Source: the human T2T-CHM13v2.0 reference genome, Homo sapiens. Taken from it: 64,000 nucleotides of DNA. A program made the translations under genes and the position numbers. Position 1 is the first letter of the stretch, and every line of letters begins with the position of its first letter. The DNA is taken from NCBI RefSeq assembly GCF_009914755.1, contig NC_060927.1; one strand, given 5' to 3'. Shown piece after piece: positions 13,893-27,170 of this stretch. The notes under the pieces were generated by a model. The model was given only the letters and a program-made list of their open reading frames with translations. It was not told the origin of the DNA and searched no databases.

Positions 13893-15215
13893 CTTTAAAT
13901 GTGAAACCTGGAACCATAAAGCTTCCAAAAGAAAATGTAGGGGAAAGGCTTCTTGACATTGGTCTTGGCAATAATGTTTTAGATATGACACTAAAAGCAC
14001 AGGCAATAAAAGTAATAAACAAGTTTATGCCAAAATGAAAAGCTTCTGCACAGCATAGGAAACAATCAGCAAAATGAAGAGGTAGCCTCTGAAATGGGAG
14101 AATATTTTTGTCTGTCATATATCTGATAAATGGTTAATATAAAAAATATACAAGGAACTGCTACAACTCAATAGCATACACACAAATAGAAAACAAAATT
14201 CCCAAATAACCTGATTGTAAAATGGCAAAGGATCCGAATAGACATTTCTCCCAAGAAAATATAAACATGAGGGAAACGCAAATCAAAACCACAAAGAGAT
14301 ACCACCTCACACCTGTTAGGAAGGCAATCATAGATTAAAAAAAGGTAAGTGTTAGTTAAGTGTTAGTGAGGATTTGGCAGAAAGGGAACCCTTGTACACT
14401 GTTGGTGGGAGTATAAATTGATACAACCATTATGGAAAACAGCATGGAGAGTTCTAACAAATTAAAAATAGATTTACCACCTGATCCAGCAAACCCACTT
14501 CTGGGTATACATCCAAAAGAATTGAAATTCGGATCTGGAAGAAATATCTGCACTGCCTTGTTCATTGCAGCATTGTTCACAGTAGCCAAGATATGTAAAC
14601 AACCTAAACATTCATGGATAGATGAGTGGATAAAGAAAATGTGGTGTATACATACAATAGAAGATTATTCGGCCTTAAAAAAGAAGGAAATCATGCCATT
14701 TGTGACAACCTTGATAGACCCGAATAGCATTATGCTGGGTGAAATAAGCCAGAAATAGAAAGATACTGTATGATCTCACTTATATATGGAACCTAAAATA
14801 GTCAAACTCATAGAGCAGAGAGTAGAATGGTGGTTACCAGGAAAGGAGAAAATGGAAAAGTGATGATTAGAGGGTACAAAGTTTTAGTTACACAAAATAA
14901 ATAAGCTCTGAAGATCTATTATACAGTATAATGCTTATAGCTAACAATACTGTATTATATACTTGAAGTGTGTACAATAAGAGGGTAGATCTTATGTTGA
15001 GTGTTCTTACCACACACATACACATATTAACAATTTTAATAATAAAGGAGGTGGGAGAAAACTTTAGGAGGTGATGCATATATTTATGGTCTTGATGATA
15101 GTGATGGTTCTATGGGTATATACTTCTCAAACTCATGGAATTGTATACTTTAAATATGTGCAGCTTTTTATATGTAAATTGTATCTCAGTAGAGTGGTTT
15201 AAAAAATATATATAT
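13893..15215 (+). mobile_element. L1MA (L1MA9-like) ORF2 C-terminus and 3' UTR
   Basis: ORF 14432-14758 ([12 protein letters not shown]...[19 protein letters not shown]) matches the L1 ORF2p C-terminus; followed by L1MA-type 3' UTR. Confidence 0.92.
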
Positions 15216-15589
15216 ATAAAGATGTTTTCCTATCTGGAAATAATGTAAATATGTTGAGTTGGGACATTAGAGCATGGTAAGAGAAATGAAAGAAGGACAA
15301 CTCAGTGAATGGCTTTGCATCCAGCAGAAAAGTCACCTAGTACGAACTGAAGCCTCTACTATGTATTCAAAGTACCTTCCATGGGAGTTCACCCTTCCAC
15401 ATTTTCCTTCTGTCCCAACCCTGCCTCTAAGTCTCTCTCTGAGAATATTATTCAAATTAGCCCTTATATAAAAGTTCTTAGTCCTCTGAGTGTCCCAGCG
15501 GGAGGGCATTATGTAGATTTTCTCAAGTTAACAAATAGTATAGTTAATCAGGATGAAACATTTCAAAATAAAGAGTACATCAATACTTA

Positions 15590-15755
15590 GGAAGCATGGA
15601 TATTGTGTCAGGCACTGTGTTAAGGAGTTGAAATATTAAGTGCATCATCTCACTTAACCTCTTCATCTTCATGTGATAGCTATAAATATCCTGGTTAGGA
15701 AACAGTCTCAAAGAGTTAAGCATCTTGCTCAAGGTCACACAGCTAACAACTGGCA
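15590..15755 (-). mobile_element. MIR
   Basis: tgtcaggcactgtgttaagg...ttgctcaaggtcacacagctaa. Confidence 0.75.
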
Positions 15756-16444
15756 AAAGAAAGAACACTACTTTTCAGAGAAGCACTATTGCAGGGTATT
15801 GCTTGATATTTAAGTATAGGAGAGTGCGCCGTCCATGAAGGAGGGCTTGGAAATCAATAGTCCTCACTAGAAATTTTAGTGTGCTGCCTGCCTGTCTTCA
15901 GGTCCATAAAGAACAAATTAGAGAATTTTACCCTATACCCTAACTTTTAGTCAAAATCATCCAGGATTGCAATTAGGATGCAGTCTTTATGGCTCCCCAA
16001 GAAGGAATAGAGAAGGTGGAAATAAGTTGGTAAAATTGGAAGAAAAAAAAAAAAAAACAGGAAGCATTTACATAAAAACAACTCTTTTAAAGAATCAATA
16101 AAGTTACAGACATTAAGGTGAAAGCAAACTAAAGAGATTGAACTTGGAGAGTGGAGGGCAGGTACAAAATGAATGCTCAGGAAGTGGAAAAAGTCAAAGA
16201 CAAATATTTAGCACAGTATGATGCCAAGAAAGGTGAATATCCAGTTAAGGTAGGAACCAGGGCTGAGGGGCAAAAACAAAGATATTGGAGCCTACTGGTT
16301 GTCAATTAGCTCAAAGCACACTTCCCACCTCTTCAAATAAAAACAAAAGAATCTGAGCTTTTCAGAGCTCTGCCTTGAGACCAACAGCCCTAGGGCTAAA
16401 TATCAAATATCACATGCAAATGTTGTGTGCCTGAGAGCATGCAC

Positions 16445-16745
16445 AACCATTTACTCATTCCATTTCATAACACATATTGAGCATTTACTGTGTTCCAAGC
16501 ACTGTTAGCAACACAGATGACTTACAAGAGAGTAAGTTACAGCTGAGAGGCCAGTGAAGGCAGACTTGTAGACTGAAACTTTCAGGAGCCATGGAAGAGT
16601 TAGTGCTGCAAAATACGTACAGTGTTGTGGGGAGCAGGGAGAATATTTAATGTCTTCACAAAAAGGGAAACATTTGAGTTGGATCTCAAAGGATACATGG
16701 AAGTTCACCAGAAAGGAATAAAGGAAAGAATAACATTTTAGGTAG
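16445..16745 (-). mobile_element. L2 3' region
   Basis: cattccatttcataacacatattgagcatttactgtgttccaagcactgtt. Confidence 0.7.
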
Positions 16746-17240
16746 TAATCCTATATCTGGGCATATATACTAAAAAAGTAGTTTTTAAATCAATGAATAA
16801 GGATACTTAAAGAAAACTTATTCTGAGGTTAAAATCTGAAAATAATCAGCATGTTCAACCACTAAAGAATAGTTAAGAAAATTGTATTATATTGACTTAA
16901 TTGTCTTTTCAACTATTTTTGACCTATAAATGGCAATTTCACATCATTTAATAGAATTTCAGTCTAATGAAACTTATTCCGATAAAAATGGGAGAAAATC
17001 TGGGAAGACTATGTTGAAATTAAAGAATCCATAAAATAATGGCAGATAAAATACAAAGAACAAAATTTCTATGTGTAATATAAATTGAAGTTTATAAAAT
17101 ATGTTTCCATAGTGATAAAGATTGAAAAGAAAAGAGGGAAATGAGAGTAGTTGTAATAGAATAGAAGGAGTTAACATATCAAAAATCCATTCACGTTTTT
17201 TAAATATATATATAGTATGTATATACAAACGTATATATGT

Positions 17241-17363
17241 ATGTGTGTATACATACAATATAGAAAAATACATATTTTAAAAATATATTTTATTTATATG
17301 TATTTATTTAAAATATATATTTAAAATATATTTTTTCTATATTGTATGTATGTATACACACAT
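17241..17363. repeat. AT-rich long inverted repeat
   Basis: Arms 17241-17292 and 17309-17363 are near reverse complements around a 16-nt spacer. Confidence 0.9.
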
Positions 17364-17961
17364 ATGCATACATACACACATTTAAAATATGAACCAAGAT
17401 GATATTAAGTTACATTCAAAATCTTTTAAAAGTAGCTTATCTAAAACATTCCATTTTATCTAAGTCTGAGAGAAACAGGTTAACCATTTTTTCAGTGGAA
17501 AAATAAGCTCATTGATTTCATTTTTAAATAGAAATATCAAATGGCAGCCAGCTGAAGGAGTAATTTGTGTGCTATGAAGCATTGGGTTCTGGGAAGGAGA
17601 AGTCCCAGAACACTTATTTATTCCTGCTGCTGTCACAGTATTTGAGTCCAAGATCCAATATGCTTAATTATACCAGACATGATTTTGAAATTCTTGTGTT
17701 GAAGATTTGGGGGATACCTAGTTTTTCTGTATCTTGGGTCTCTGTGTCTTTGACAAGAGGTTCAGAATGTGTTACCTCTTCTGGACTGATTTCTATCTGA
17801 CTGACACACGGCAAGGGTCTAGGTAAAGGCATCAATTTTATATGGTATAGGATCCAGTAGAGATTTGCCATGTTCACATATTCAGAACTATATTATAACA
17901 GACTGCTGAGTGTAACATAGGCACCTATATACATGGGGGCATCTAAGGGTATCTGCTAGAG

Positions 17962-18340
17962 TTGTATCAGTTAGGACAACTTAGGTAATTCTCCAATAAC
18001 AAACAGCTCCCCAGTCTCAGAGGCTTAAAATGACAAGAGTATACTCCTTGTTCTTGTTACATGGACAGTAGAGCTTGGCATAAGAGTTTCTCTTCATTGT
18101 AGCAACTCAAGAAATAAGGCTAACAGAGCAGCCACTATCTCGAACATTGGCAGTCACCATTCTAGAGAGAAAACAGCACTCTAGAGGGTCTTTCATGGTC
18201 TGGAAGTGATTCATTACTCATAACTCACTTGCCAGTCACAAGCCCCTGCCAATCATAAGGGCCCAGGAAATGCGTTCCTACCGTGTGTACAGAAGGGAGA
18301 AAACTAGGAATACTTGACAAACATCATTAATCACTACCAC
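17962..18340 (-). mobile_element. MLT1I/J-like MaLR LTR
   Basis: tgtatcagttagg...caataacaaacagctccccagtctcagaggcttaaaa. Confidence 0.7.
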
Positions 18341-18369
18341 AAGACTCTTTCTGTATTGCTTATTTTTAA

Positions 18370-18724
<355 letters not shown>

Positions 18725-19407
18725 TGAAATGCAATTTTAAGAGTGCCTTCAAATGCCATCTCAGAGAGATGATCTGCAGGGCCACAGGGCATCAACAATC
18801 AAGAAGAGTTCTAAAGGAGGCCAACACCATTTTAAGAGACTGGTTGGTCTGGTGGATAACGGAAGACTGGAAGAGTTAAATACGTATAGTTTAGCTGGGC
18901 AGACCCAGTAGGGAGCAATAGAAGGTGGTAAATGTGGATGTGGTAGCAATCTAAAAATATCCATAAGATGTAAAGGATTAGAAGGAAGTATTATTTAGCA
19001 TGCAAATCAGAAAGAATCACTAGATATTTTAAAGAATGATATGAGGAATTAGGTTCTGAGATCAAAAAATTGGAAAACTGATATTATAAATAAAGTGAAA
19101 AAGAAAGCATTCTCAAATACTTTTTACTTGAGAAGATGGGAAAAAAAATTCTTTGGATAAGAATTGAAAATGGGGTTAACTTTAGGGAGACATCTAAGAG
19201 CACCTGAAATAAATCTGACCTCTCGCATTCACACACAAGATTTATATTTGCTAGCTAAATTCTAGCGTGAGGGAGCAGGATACAGGCAGATACATCCTCT
19301 TGATAACATTTAGAGCAATGGAAGTTTTAGTATGTCATGGAGTACTTTACAAGGAGCCTGCCATCTATTCCAGTATGGGAAGATTCCAGAACCTGCCTAT
19401 ATATATA

Positions 19408-19926
19408 TGTAAGTAAGTCCAAGCTTGTGCCACTTGCCACCTGGCAGCCAGTAAGTCGAGAGACAAGGTGTTGGAACAAAGAAGGTGACTTTATTCCAGA
19501 GAGCCAGCAAACCAAGAGGATGGTGGACTTATATCCTAAAGAACTATCTGAAAAGACATGACTCTCAAGCTTCTTTTTATACTGGGGAAAGGGGAACAAA
19601 CAAGGGGTTGCGATCAGGAGGCAACCAGTGACCACAGACATCTGGGTATCAGCAGAGGGGTCCAGAGATTTTGCAGAACTTCTTTGTCTTTGGTTAGTTC
19701 ACAGTGTTCCTATAAATCTTTAGCATAACATTGCTACTTGTGTGTACACCCTCCTTATATACTCAGGAGTTGGTTTTGGGAAGGGACTATTATCCTTGCT
19801 TTAAAGTTGAATTATAAACTAAGTTCTTCCCATAGTTAGCTTGGCCTATGTGCAGGGGTGAGCAAAGGCAGTTAGCTCGTGAGGTTAGAGGCAAGATGGA
19901 GTCAGCTGTTAGATTTCTCTGTTACA
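19408..19926 (-). mobile_element. ERV1 MER4-group solo LTR (LTR8/MER66-like)
   Basis: TGT...ACA ends, 4-bp TSD tata, motif gaggttagaggcaagatggagtcagct...agatttctc. Confidence 0.8.
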
Positions 19927-20691
19927 TATAGAATACTTGGAGTATGGAAAAAGATCCTAAAACCCACTGTAATTATAGCTACTTAATTATATGTGCTTCT
20001 ATGAGCATTTTAAAGACTTTTCCAAGTTTAGGACAATAGGTTTTAATATGTCCAGGGCTAAGACTGATACTCAGATACTGATGAGTTTTTCTCAAACCTT
20101 CCATGCTATCATGGGGAGTGTTTCATAGGCAATGGAATTTAGTTTTATATCTTCTTTTTATTGTTGTTACTTTCCTTGACTGTGTTTTCTCCCATCAGAG
20201 ACTTGCCTGACTCATTTTGAAAAGTTTAAAATGGGAATTTTTGGATGGATTTAACATGAGAAGAGATCAATCATTTACTTTTCCTAGCTTGTTTTTCAAA
20301 CAGGAAATACGAGCAGTTTTCTTCTCAGATGAAAACTGCAGTTTTCTGAGTTAGATTCGAATCCCCACCACTTTTAGGATTGAAACGGAATCAACTCACT
20401 TTAGAACAAGATACAACTAAACTGACCTGAGATCTTCTCATTTCTAACAGTAACTACAAGTAAGAGAAGAGCCAACAAGGACAAAGCAAATGAGCTTAAC
20501 ACCCAGGGATTTTCTCTAGTCACTCAAAGCCAGAGGGAGTGATTTGCATTATGTAATTTTTTACTGACCTCTTTGTCCACACTATTTCCCAGGAAGAAAT
20601 ATACCTTCCTAAATGCCAACTTCTACCCCTACCCTATAATGTCAGCCTACCCCATACCTACACCATGACCCAAGGTCTATGATTATACCGT

Positions 20692-20850
20692 CTTTTTAAA
20701 AATCAACTTTATTGGGGTATATTTTACATACAGTAAACTGCACCCACTTAAAGTGTATATTTTGATGTGTTTTGACAAATGTGTATACTTGTATAGCTAC
20801 CATCAAAATTAAGACATAGAACAGCTTTAACTTTTCTTCAGGAAGAAGTG
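20692..20850 (-). mobile_element. Old L1 3' end fragment
   Basis: aactttattggggtatattttacatacagtaaactgcacccacttaaagtgtata. Confidence 0.8.
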
Positions 20851-21059
20851 TTTCTGCTGTTTTTGAAGACTTACATTTGCCTAATGTGGGCGTAAAGGGC
20901 ATTTTCAGCACACATCAGCAATGTTGGGAAAGGATGAGGAGGTGCAAATACTTTGGTTCACTACATGTGGAAAGGTCACAAGCACTATGGAAAAAAGAGA
21001 AAGCAAAGCAGGGTTGGGGGAAACTGGAGTGTGGGAGTGGGAGTGTAGCCGTGATGTGC

Positions 21060-21375
21060 AGTTTGCGATATTAAATGAATAGTCAGGGAAGGCTTTATTG
21101 CGAAGGTAAGGCTTAAAGGAGAGGAGGGAGTTACCAAGGCTGCTATGAAGGGGTTGGGAGCAGGGAGAGTTCTAGGCAAAGGAAACAACGGAAGGCCCTA
21201 AAGCGGAATATATCTGTTATATTCAAGAAACAGCAAGGAAGTCTATGTGGCTCAAATGCAGTAAATGAGGGGTGAATAGTAGGACAGGAGGTCAGAGAAG
21301 TTAGCAAGGAGTCAAAACATGTTGGGCCAAGACAGCCATTGGAGGGCTTTGGTGATCCTTGTTTTTCCACCCTGT
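21060..21375 (-). mobile_element. L2 fragment
   Basis: gtcagggaaggcttt...ttcaagaaacagcaaggaagtctatgtggct. Confidence 0.7.
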
Positions 21376-22342
21376 CCTATGGAGATGTGGATGAAGGAAA
21401 GCCTGAGGGAAAAAGAAGAGTGGTAGGTACGTATTAGCCTTGGTCCAAGATGCAAAAAGATAGAGTGGCAAAGGCCAGCAAGGGAAAAATGATTGAAAAG
21501 TGCAGGCCAGAACAACACAGAAATTCCTGGAAAGAAGCCAGGGGGCCCACGAAACATAAAATGATGTTACTGATGTTCATGGCAGAAGTTACAGAGAGAC
21601 GTATTCTCTTGAATGACTGAAAAGGGATACAGAAAAGTCTTGTCCTAACCTTCTTGAATAAGCAACATTTTACCACCTCTCCTAAATGAAAAGAGTATAA
21701 ATAAAAGAAACACCACCTACTCACATCTGAAAGGTTGCCAACTCTTGTTTTGTAAGAATCTCAGGATCTCTTAAGCAAGGGGCTGCATTTCAGTATTTAA
21801 AAAGTGCACCTTGTGGCTTGGTGCAATTTCAACCACTTAGGTCTCATAAGCTTTTGAGCCACAGCTCAATTTTCAAAGGAACACCCTAAATCCGGTTTTT
21901 TAAATGGTCATCTGATGAGTCAATCAACAGGTGTAAATTTTTCAATGCCTTACTGTCAGTGTCAAGAAATTGGTTTTTTTTGGTAAAACACAAAACTGCT
22001 TTATTAGTTGAGTATATAAAAACACCACAGGATTTATGTTCTTCCCTCAACACATGCTTGGGTAACTCCCATTAGGAGCAGCAGGAGTTGCAACAGCCCA
22101 TACAGGGAAAAATAGAAGCTTCACAGCGTAAGGCTACAAAACGCAGCAGAGACATCCAGTGGAGTCATCTTAACATTATAGGATCTGCTTGTCTGTGCCT
22201 TAGTTTCTCCATGTCACTAATAGGTGTGAATTTTTGTGCTCTTCTGTTCAAAAGGTATAGGATAAAGACTAATTAAAGGCCAATACTCATAGCTGCAAAT
22301 GCATTGACCTTGTGTAGGTGCCCAGCATTATTTAAATTCTCA

Positions 22343-22490
22343 CTACTCAAAGTGTGGTCCATGGAACAGCAGCATCAACATCAACTGGGAGGCTGTCAAA
22401 AATGAAAAACCTTAGACTCTATGCCTAACCTGTTGAATCAGAATCTATATTTTAGCAAGATCTCTATCTTGCATATTAAAGTTTGAGAAA
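22343..22490. mobile_element. MER5A hAT-Charlie MITE
   Basis: tactcaaagtgtggtccatggaacagcagcatcaacatc...gaatcagaatct...taaagtttgagaa. Confidence 0.82.
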
Positions 22491-22640
22491 CAAGAAGCAC
22501 AATGTTTTTGTTTAAAACCTGATTGAATCTTTGTGCTAACTCCATGTAGTAGATAATAACATCCCCATTTTATGAAGTTGTTGAGATTGAATCCTGACAT
22601 GACCTGCCATAAATTAAGTAAGTGGTAAAACCAGGATTCA

Positions 22641-22949
<309 letters not shown>

Positions 22950-23293
22950 TCAGACTCAGGAGGGTATGTGATTCCAAAAGATATACGATTCCAAAAGTAT
23001 ACATCCAGTAATACTTCACTACTCATGATACATGTGATCAAGAGAACAAAACTGAGGGAAGAAATAGAGGAAATCACTCTGCTTTATCTCAACATAATTT
23101 TCAAAATAAAAGAGGCCACCATTAGCATGTAAAAGGAAAAGCCATTTGGATGAATAAGAGAACAATTTGATCTCAATATAGGCTAGACTTAGTAGGAGAA
23201 AATGTAATTAAGGAGGACAAATAAGTCTTACAGAAGATCACAAACCAAGACCCTTCCCCAGTATGCATTTTACAGTAAAGGGACACCCACATT

Positions 23294-23312
23294 CACACAG
23301 ACACACACAGAT

Positions 23313-23345
<33 letters not shown>
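23294..23345. repeat. (CA)n microsatellite
   Basis: Directly visible. Confidence 0.96.
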
Positions 23346-23779
23346 GTTTCCTTAAAACCAAATCCTGCTTGGCATGAATATGTATAATTAGATGTTCCCT
23401 AGGAGTGAGAAGTAGTAATTAATTCAGTGTTAAACATCACAATCTATTACTTGAACTCCATAGCAACCACGGTTGCCAACAGAGAGAAAACAAAATTTCG
23501 GAGCCTATTTTTAAATAATTACATTGAAATTTTTGAAAATGTGTAAAAGCTGACACTTGCTATTTTTAGGCTAAAACAATAGGCATTAACACAGGAAGTA
23601 GAGAAGAATGCCAAGGAATAAAGGCAAAAGGAAATCTCCTCTGAACCAACCTAAACAATGATGTGGAAAGTATGACTTTGACCCTGCCCAAAGCGCAGGG
23701 CCCAGCTGCTCCCTCTGGGGAAGAAAGTTGTTCTTTCAGACTAAGAAGAGATATATTAATAATTTCTGGAAGGAATTGA

Positions 23780-23920
23780 CTTTTGGAATCAAACCAAACT
23801 ACATTTGAGTCCCAGTGTTGTCACTTCATGTGTTTCCTTAGACAAGTTGCTTACGTCCCTGAATCTCAATTCCCTCATTTGTTACAATGGGAAAAATATT
23901 AGGTCTATCTCAGAATTTTC
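23780..23920 (+). mobile_element. MIR
   Basis: tttgagtcccag...ccttagacaagttgctta...ctcaattccctcatttgt. Confidence 0.65.
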
Positions 23921-23959
23921 CTAAAACAATCCAATATAAAATGCCCAATACAAGGTGTT

Positions 23960-24375
23960 GTAGATTGGGTTCCCCTGAAAGCAGATTCTGAGTTTAGCAT
24001 TCAGGATATTTATTGAGGAATGCCCTTCGGACTAACATCTGTGGGAGGAAAGGGAAACAAGCAAGGTTGGGCAGTAGGAGAAGTTGTGCTGTGATGACAG
24101 CCCAGTGACAGCCTTGCCTAATCTCTTGGGAAGTTCTGGAGCTATCATGGCCTGACAGAGCTGTCTGACAGTGGGCTGAAATGGCCAGGACATTTATCAC
24201 ACCTTGATCCAACAGCCAATAAATGTGGCTGCTCACAGAAGGACATGATCGTTGGTGAGGGGGCTCTCTGCAGCTGAGGCAGTCCTTGCAGGGGCTGCCA
24301 GTTAACCGCATTCTCAGCAGCTGGGCAACAAGTCCTTTGCAGGGGGACCTGAGTGCTGCATTTCTATATGCAACA
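23960..24375 (-). mobile_element. ERVL solo LTR (LTR16/LTR33-like)
   Basis: ttgggttcccctgaaagcagattctgag...ctctctgcagctgaggcagtcc...cagcagctgggcaacaagtcc. Confidence 0.78.
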
Positions 24376-25044
24376 CATACTATGCAAATAATGTTTGCTT
24401 TACTTATTTTGCATTTGCAATTATTACAAACATCTCTTTCTAATAGAAGTTCTGGTATCCAGAAAAATCCCATTGTAATGCATATCATAACAATTTCTGT
24501 TCTTAAAAATAACTTTCAGTATTTTGTTAAGTTCTGATCCCAGAAACACACACTCATCTCTTTTAAATTTCTCAGTATTTCTATGAGGTAGTGAGTATTC
24601 ATCTCCACTGTACAGTTGAAGAAACAAGTGCAGAGAGTAACTAGAAATAACCAGTTCTGGTGAGCAGTTGAGGGTGAAGAATGCTATATTGGACAGGTTT
24701 TAAATGATACTTCTTGCCACACCATTCCTATGCCTGTCCAACATCAACTCAATCCATCAACAAGTAAACAACAGAGGTCTCAAGGGAACTGTGTTCCCTT
24801 TCTTTCCATTTTTTGGAAAGACATATCTTGCCAACTCACTTAACCTTTATGCCAAAATCTTCCCACATTTTACAGGGTAATCAACACATGTCTCATATTT
24901 GCCCCAGAAAACTGAAGGAGGAGGAGGAGGTTGGCTTACAGGATCTCCAGAGCCCGTTTCATTTTAAGAATTCTCCACTGATAATCCAACGTTTTCATTG
25001 ATAAAGAGTAATGTATTTTGAGGCAAGCTTAAAATGAAGGCCTA

Positions 25045-25530
25045 GATAAGTTAGAATTTCTTGGTTGCAAGCAATAGAAACTAGCTTTGGCTAACTTACA
25101 GAAAAGGACATTTGTTAGAGAATACTGGGAATTTAGAGAGAATCCACAGAAGGCTGGGGAAATGAGTTTGGCAACTGGACGGACCCCTGAAAGGCTAAGA
25201 AACAGGAAGCCAGCAATCTCCCTATTGTGAGAATTCTGGACAGATGCTGTCCATTCTGCTGATGTAGCTGCTGCGATGTGTGACTTCCAAATATTCCTTC
25301 CAGCCTTCATTATTCATTCAAGATGAAAGGCCTGGAGAAAATATTTTTTCAGACTGGCTGCCACAGCTATATCAGGAACAGGACAGAAAGGGTGTGGTGT
25401 GTTGGTTTCCACTGTAGATGAGAGCACATGGAATTTTTCTCCCATCAAGACTACACAAACTGGGGAGTAATTCCTTTCACAAAAGGAAATGAGGGTGTAT
25501 TAGAAAGGAGGAACATAGCTGTGCACGACA
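25045..25530 (-). mobile_element. Very old MLT1 (M/N-like) LTR
   Basis: agttagaatttcttggttgcaagcaatagaaactagctttggctaactta. Confidence 0.55.
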
Positions 25531-26639
25531 ATGTAAATTTCCACACATATAACTGCAGTTTACTCATTTATTCTTATGCCCACAAATCAAATCATCTTAC
25601 TTTTTGTAGTCTTATGCTGTCCAAATCCCTTCCTGCTTCCCAGACCTCTGAGTCTCCTCAGGGGTCCTTATGCCTCCCATTTATATTTGATAAACTCCTT
25701 TGAACAATAGGAAAACTTGACAAAATCCACCCCGAATAATTCTTCAAGGGACTCTCTATTCCTAATTACCAGTAGCAGTGTAATGTTAAATACCACTTCC
25801 AGGAAGTAAGAAGGAATTGGTAAACACTTCAGTAATCTTGGGAGATTGCTTACATATACTCCTAATAACCAAGGTAGAGAAAAAAATTAATTCTTATATT
25901 TGGTAAATTCAGTGCAACTGGATTTACAAAACAGAGTAAAAGGCAATAAAGCTAACGCAAGGGCCAACTGTGTACAATAAAATTTTTTTTCAAGTTTGAA
26001 AATAAATTACATAGAGTTTTAAATCTTCAGCCTACAACAAAAGCTATTTGGTCATTTTGAGACCAGACTGCTTTTATAGGATTTGAAATTTGGTTCTTTG
26101 TCAAAAAATCCCAAAGAGAAATTTGTATGTGTTCCCTAACTCAGTTTCCCTTATTCTCAGATTAGCATAGACTGACTAACCCTAGCCTTCACTCAAATGA
26201 ACCACTTTCCAAAGTAATGAATGAACAAGGGTTAGAAAATAACCATTTTCTCTTTTTTCTCCTTTCACATTCACCCCAATTTCATATCCATATATAATTC
26301 AGATTTCATTAATTTAACAAGGAGAAGATAATCTGATCATAAGTTTGCTATTTTGCTCTCAAAGTTGATGCTCTTGTCTGCTTTGGAAAGTTGTCTAGCT
26401 TTTGTACCTATACAGGGAACCAAATGCCCAGACACAATTTTACAGAGTCAGCAGGTACTTAGCTTGCATAAAAGTATATATATCCAGTTCACTGTCTCAC
26501 TCTTGCAGCCACAGAATAATCCATATACTAGAGACCATTTGGGAAGTATTCCTGTTTCATATATTTAAACTTGTTTGTTTTTTAAGTACTTTCCTTATTT
26601 CTCAGCAAGGAGGCAGAAATAAGTGGCAATGTACACTTC

Positions 26640-26954
26640 TTTCCTTTTTATTTTATTTATTTATTTATTTTCTAGATGGAATCTTGCTCTGTCACCCAGG
26701 CTGGAGTGCAGTGGTGCGATCTCGGCTCACCTGCAACCTCTGTCTCCTGGGTTCAAGCGATTCTCTTGCTTCAGCCTCCCAAGTAGCTGGGACTACAGGC
26801 ATGTGCCACCACACCCAGCTAATTTTTTGTATTTTTTAATAGAGACAGGGTTTCACCGTGTTAGCCAGGCTGGTCTCAATCTCCTGACCTCGTGATCTGC
26901 CTGCCTCAGCCTCCCAAAGTGCTGGGATTACAGGCATGAGCCACTGCGCCCGGT
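26640..26954 (-). mobile_element. AluS (Sc-like)
   Basis: Full antisense dimer with (TTTA)n tail; approximate TSD tgtac(a/g)ctt. Confidence 0.94.
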
Positions 26955-27009
26955 CTGTACGCTTAACTTCTTATCACAAGTTTTTTTATGCAGGAAAAAG
27001 AGGAAGGAA

Positions 27010-27170
27010 ACTAATATTTATTGAAAGTATACTATGTGCCATGCATTGTGCTAGATGCTTCACATACTATTCAGTCCTCATTGCAAGCTTGCAGGTTGTA
27101 GTTACAGATTGCTGGGCAATTTTCACCGAATGAATGTGTGGAAAGGTTAGCAAATTGCCCAAGGTCCCCT
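27010..27170 (-). mobile_element. MIR
   Basis: atttattgaaagtatactatgtgccatgcattgtgctag...ttgcccaaggtc. Confidence 0.7.

Noticed and set aside
14432-14758. 108-aa ORF with real protein similarity
   Set aside because: Decayed L1 ORF2p C-terminus, not a host gene; the same applies to 40768-40998
21011-21041. Possible G-quadruplex
   Set aside because: Needs a 12-nt loop; marginal and isolated
21725-21783. Possible minus-strand exon ending at GAT|gtgagt with an open frame (PCLRDPEILTKQELATFQ)
   Set aside because: No convincing polypyrimidine acceptor and peptide not recognised
21910-21935. AP-1 TGAGTCA plus E-box; scattered octamer ATGCAAAT sites elsewhere
   Set aside because: Several such 7-8-mers are expected by chance in 64 kb of AT-rich DNA
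23994-24488. 164-aa minus-strand ORF
   Set aside because: Mostly inside an LTR16/33-like LTR; no protein similarity recognised
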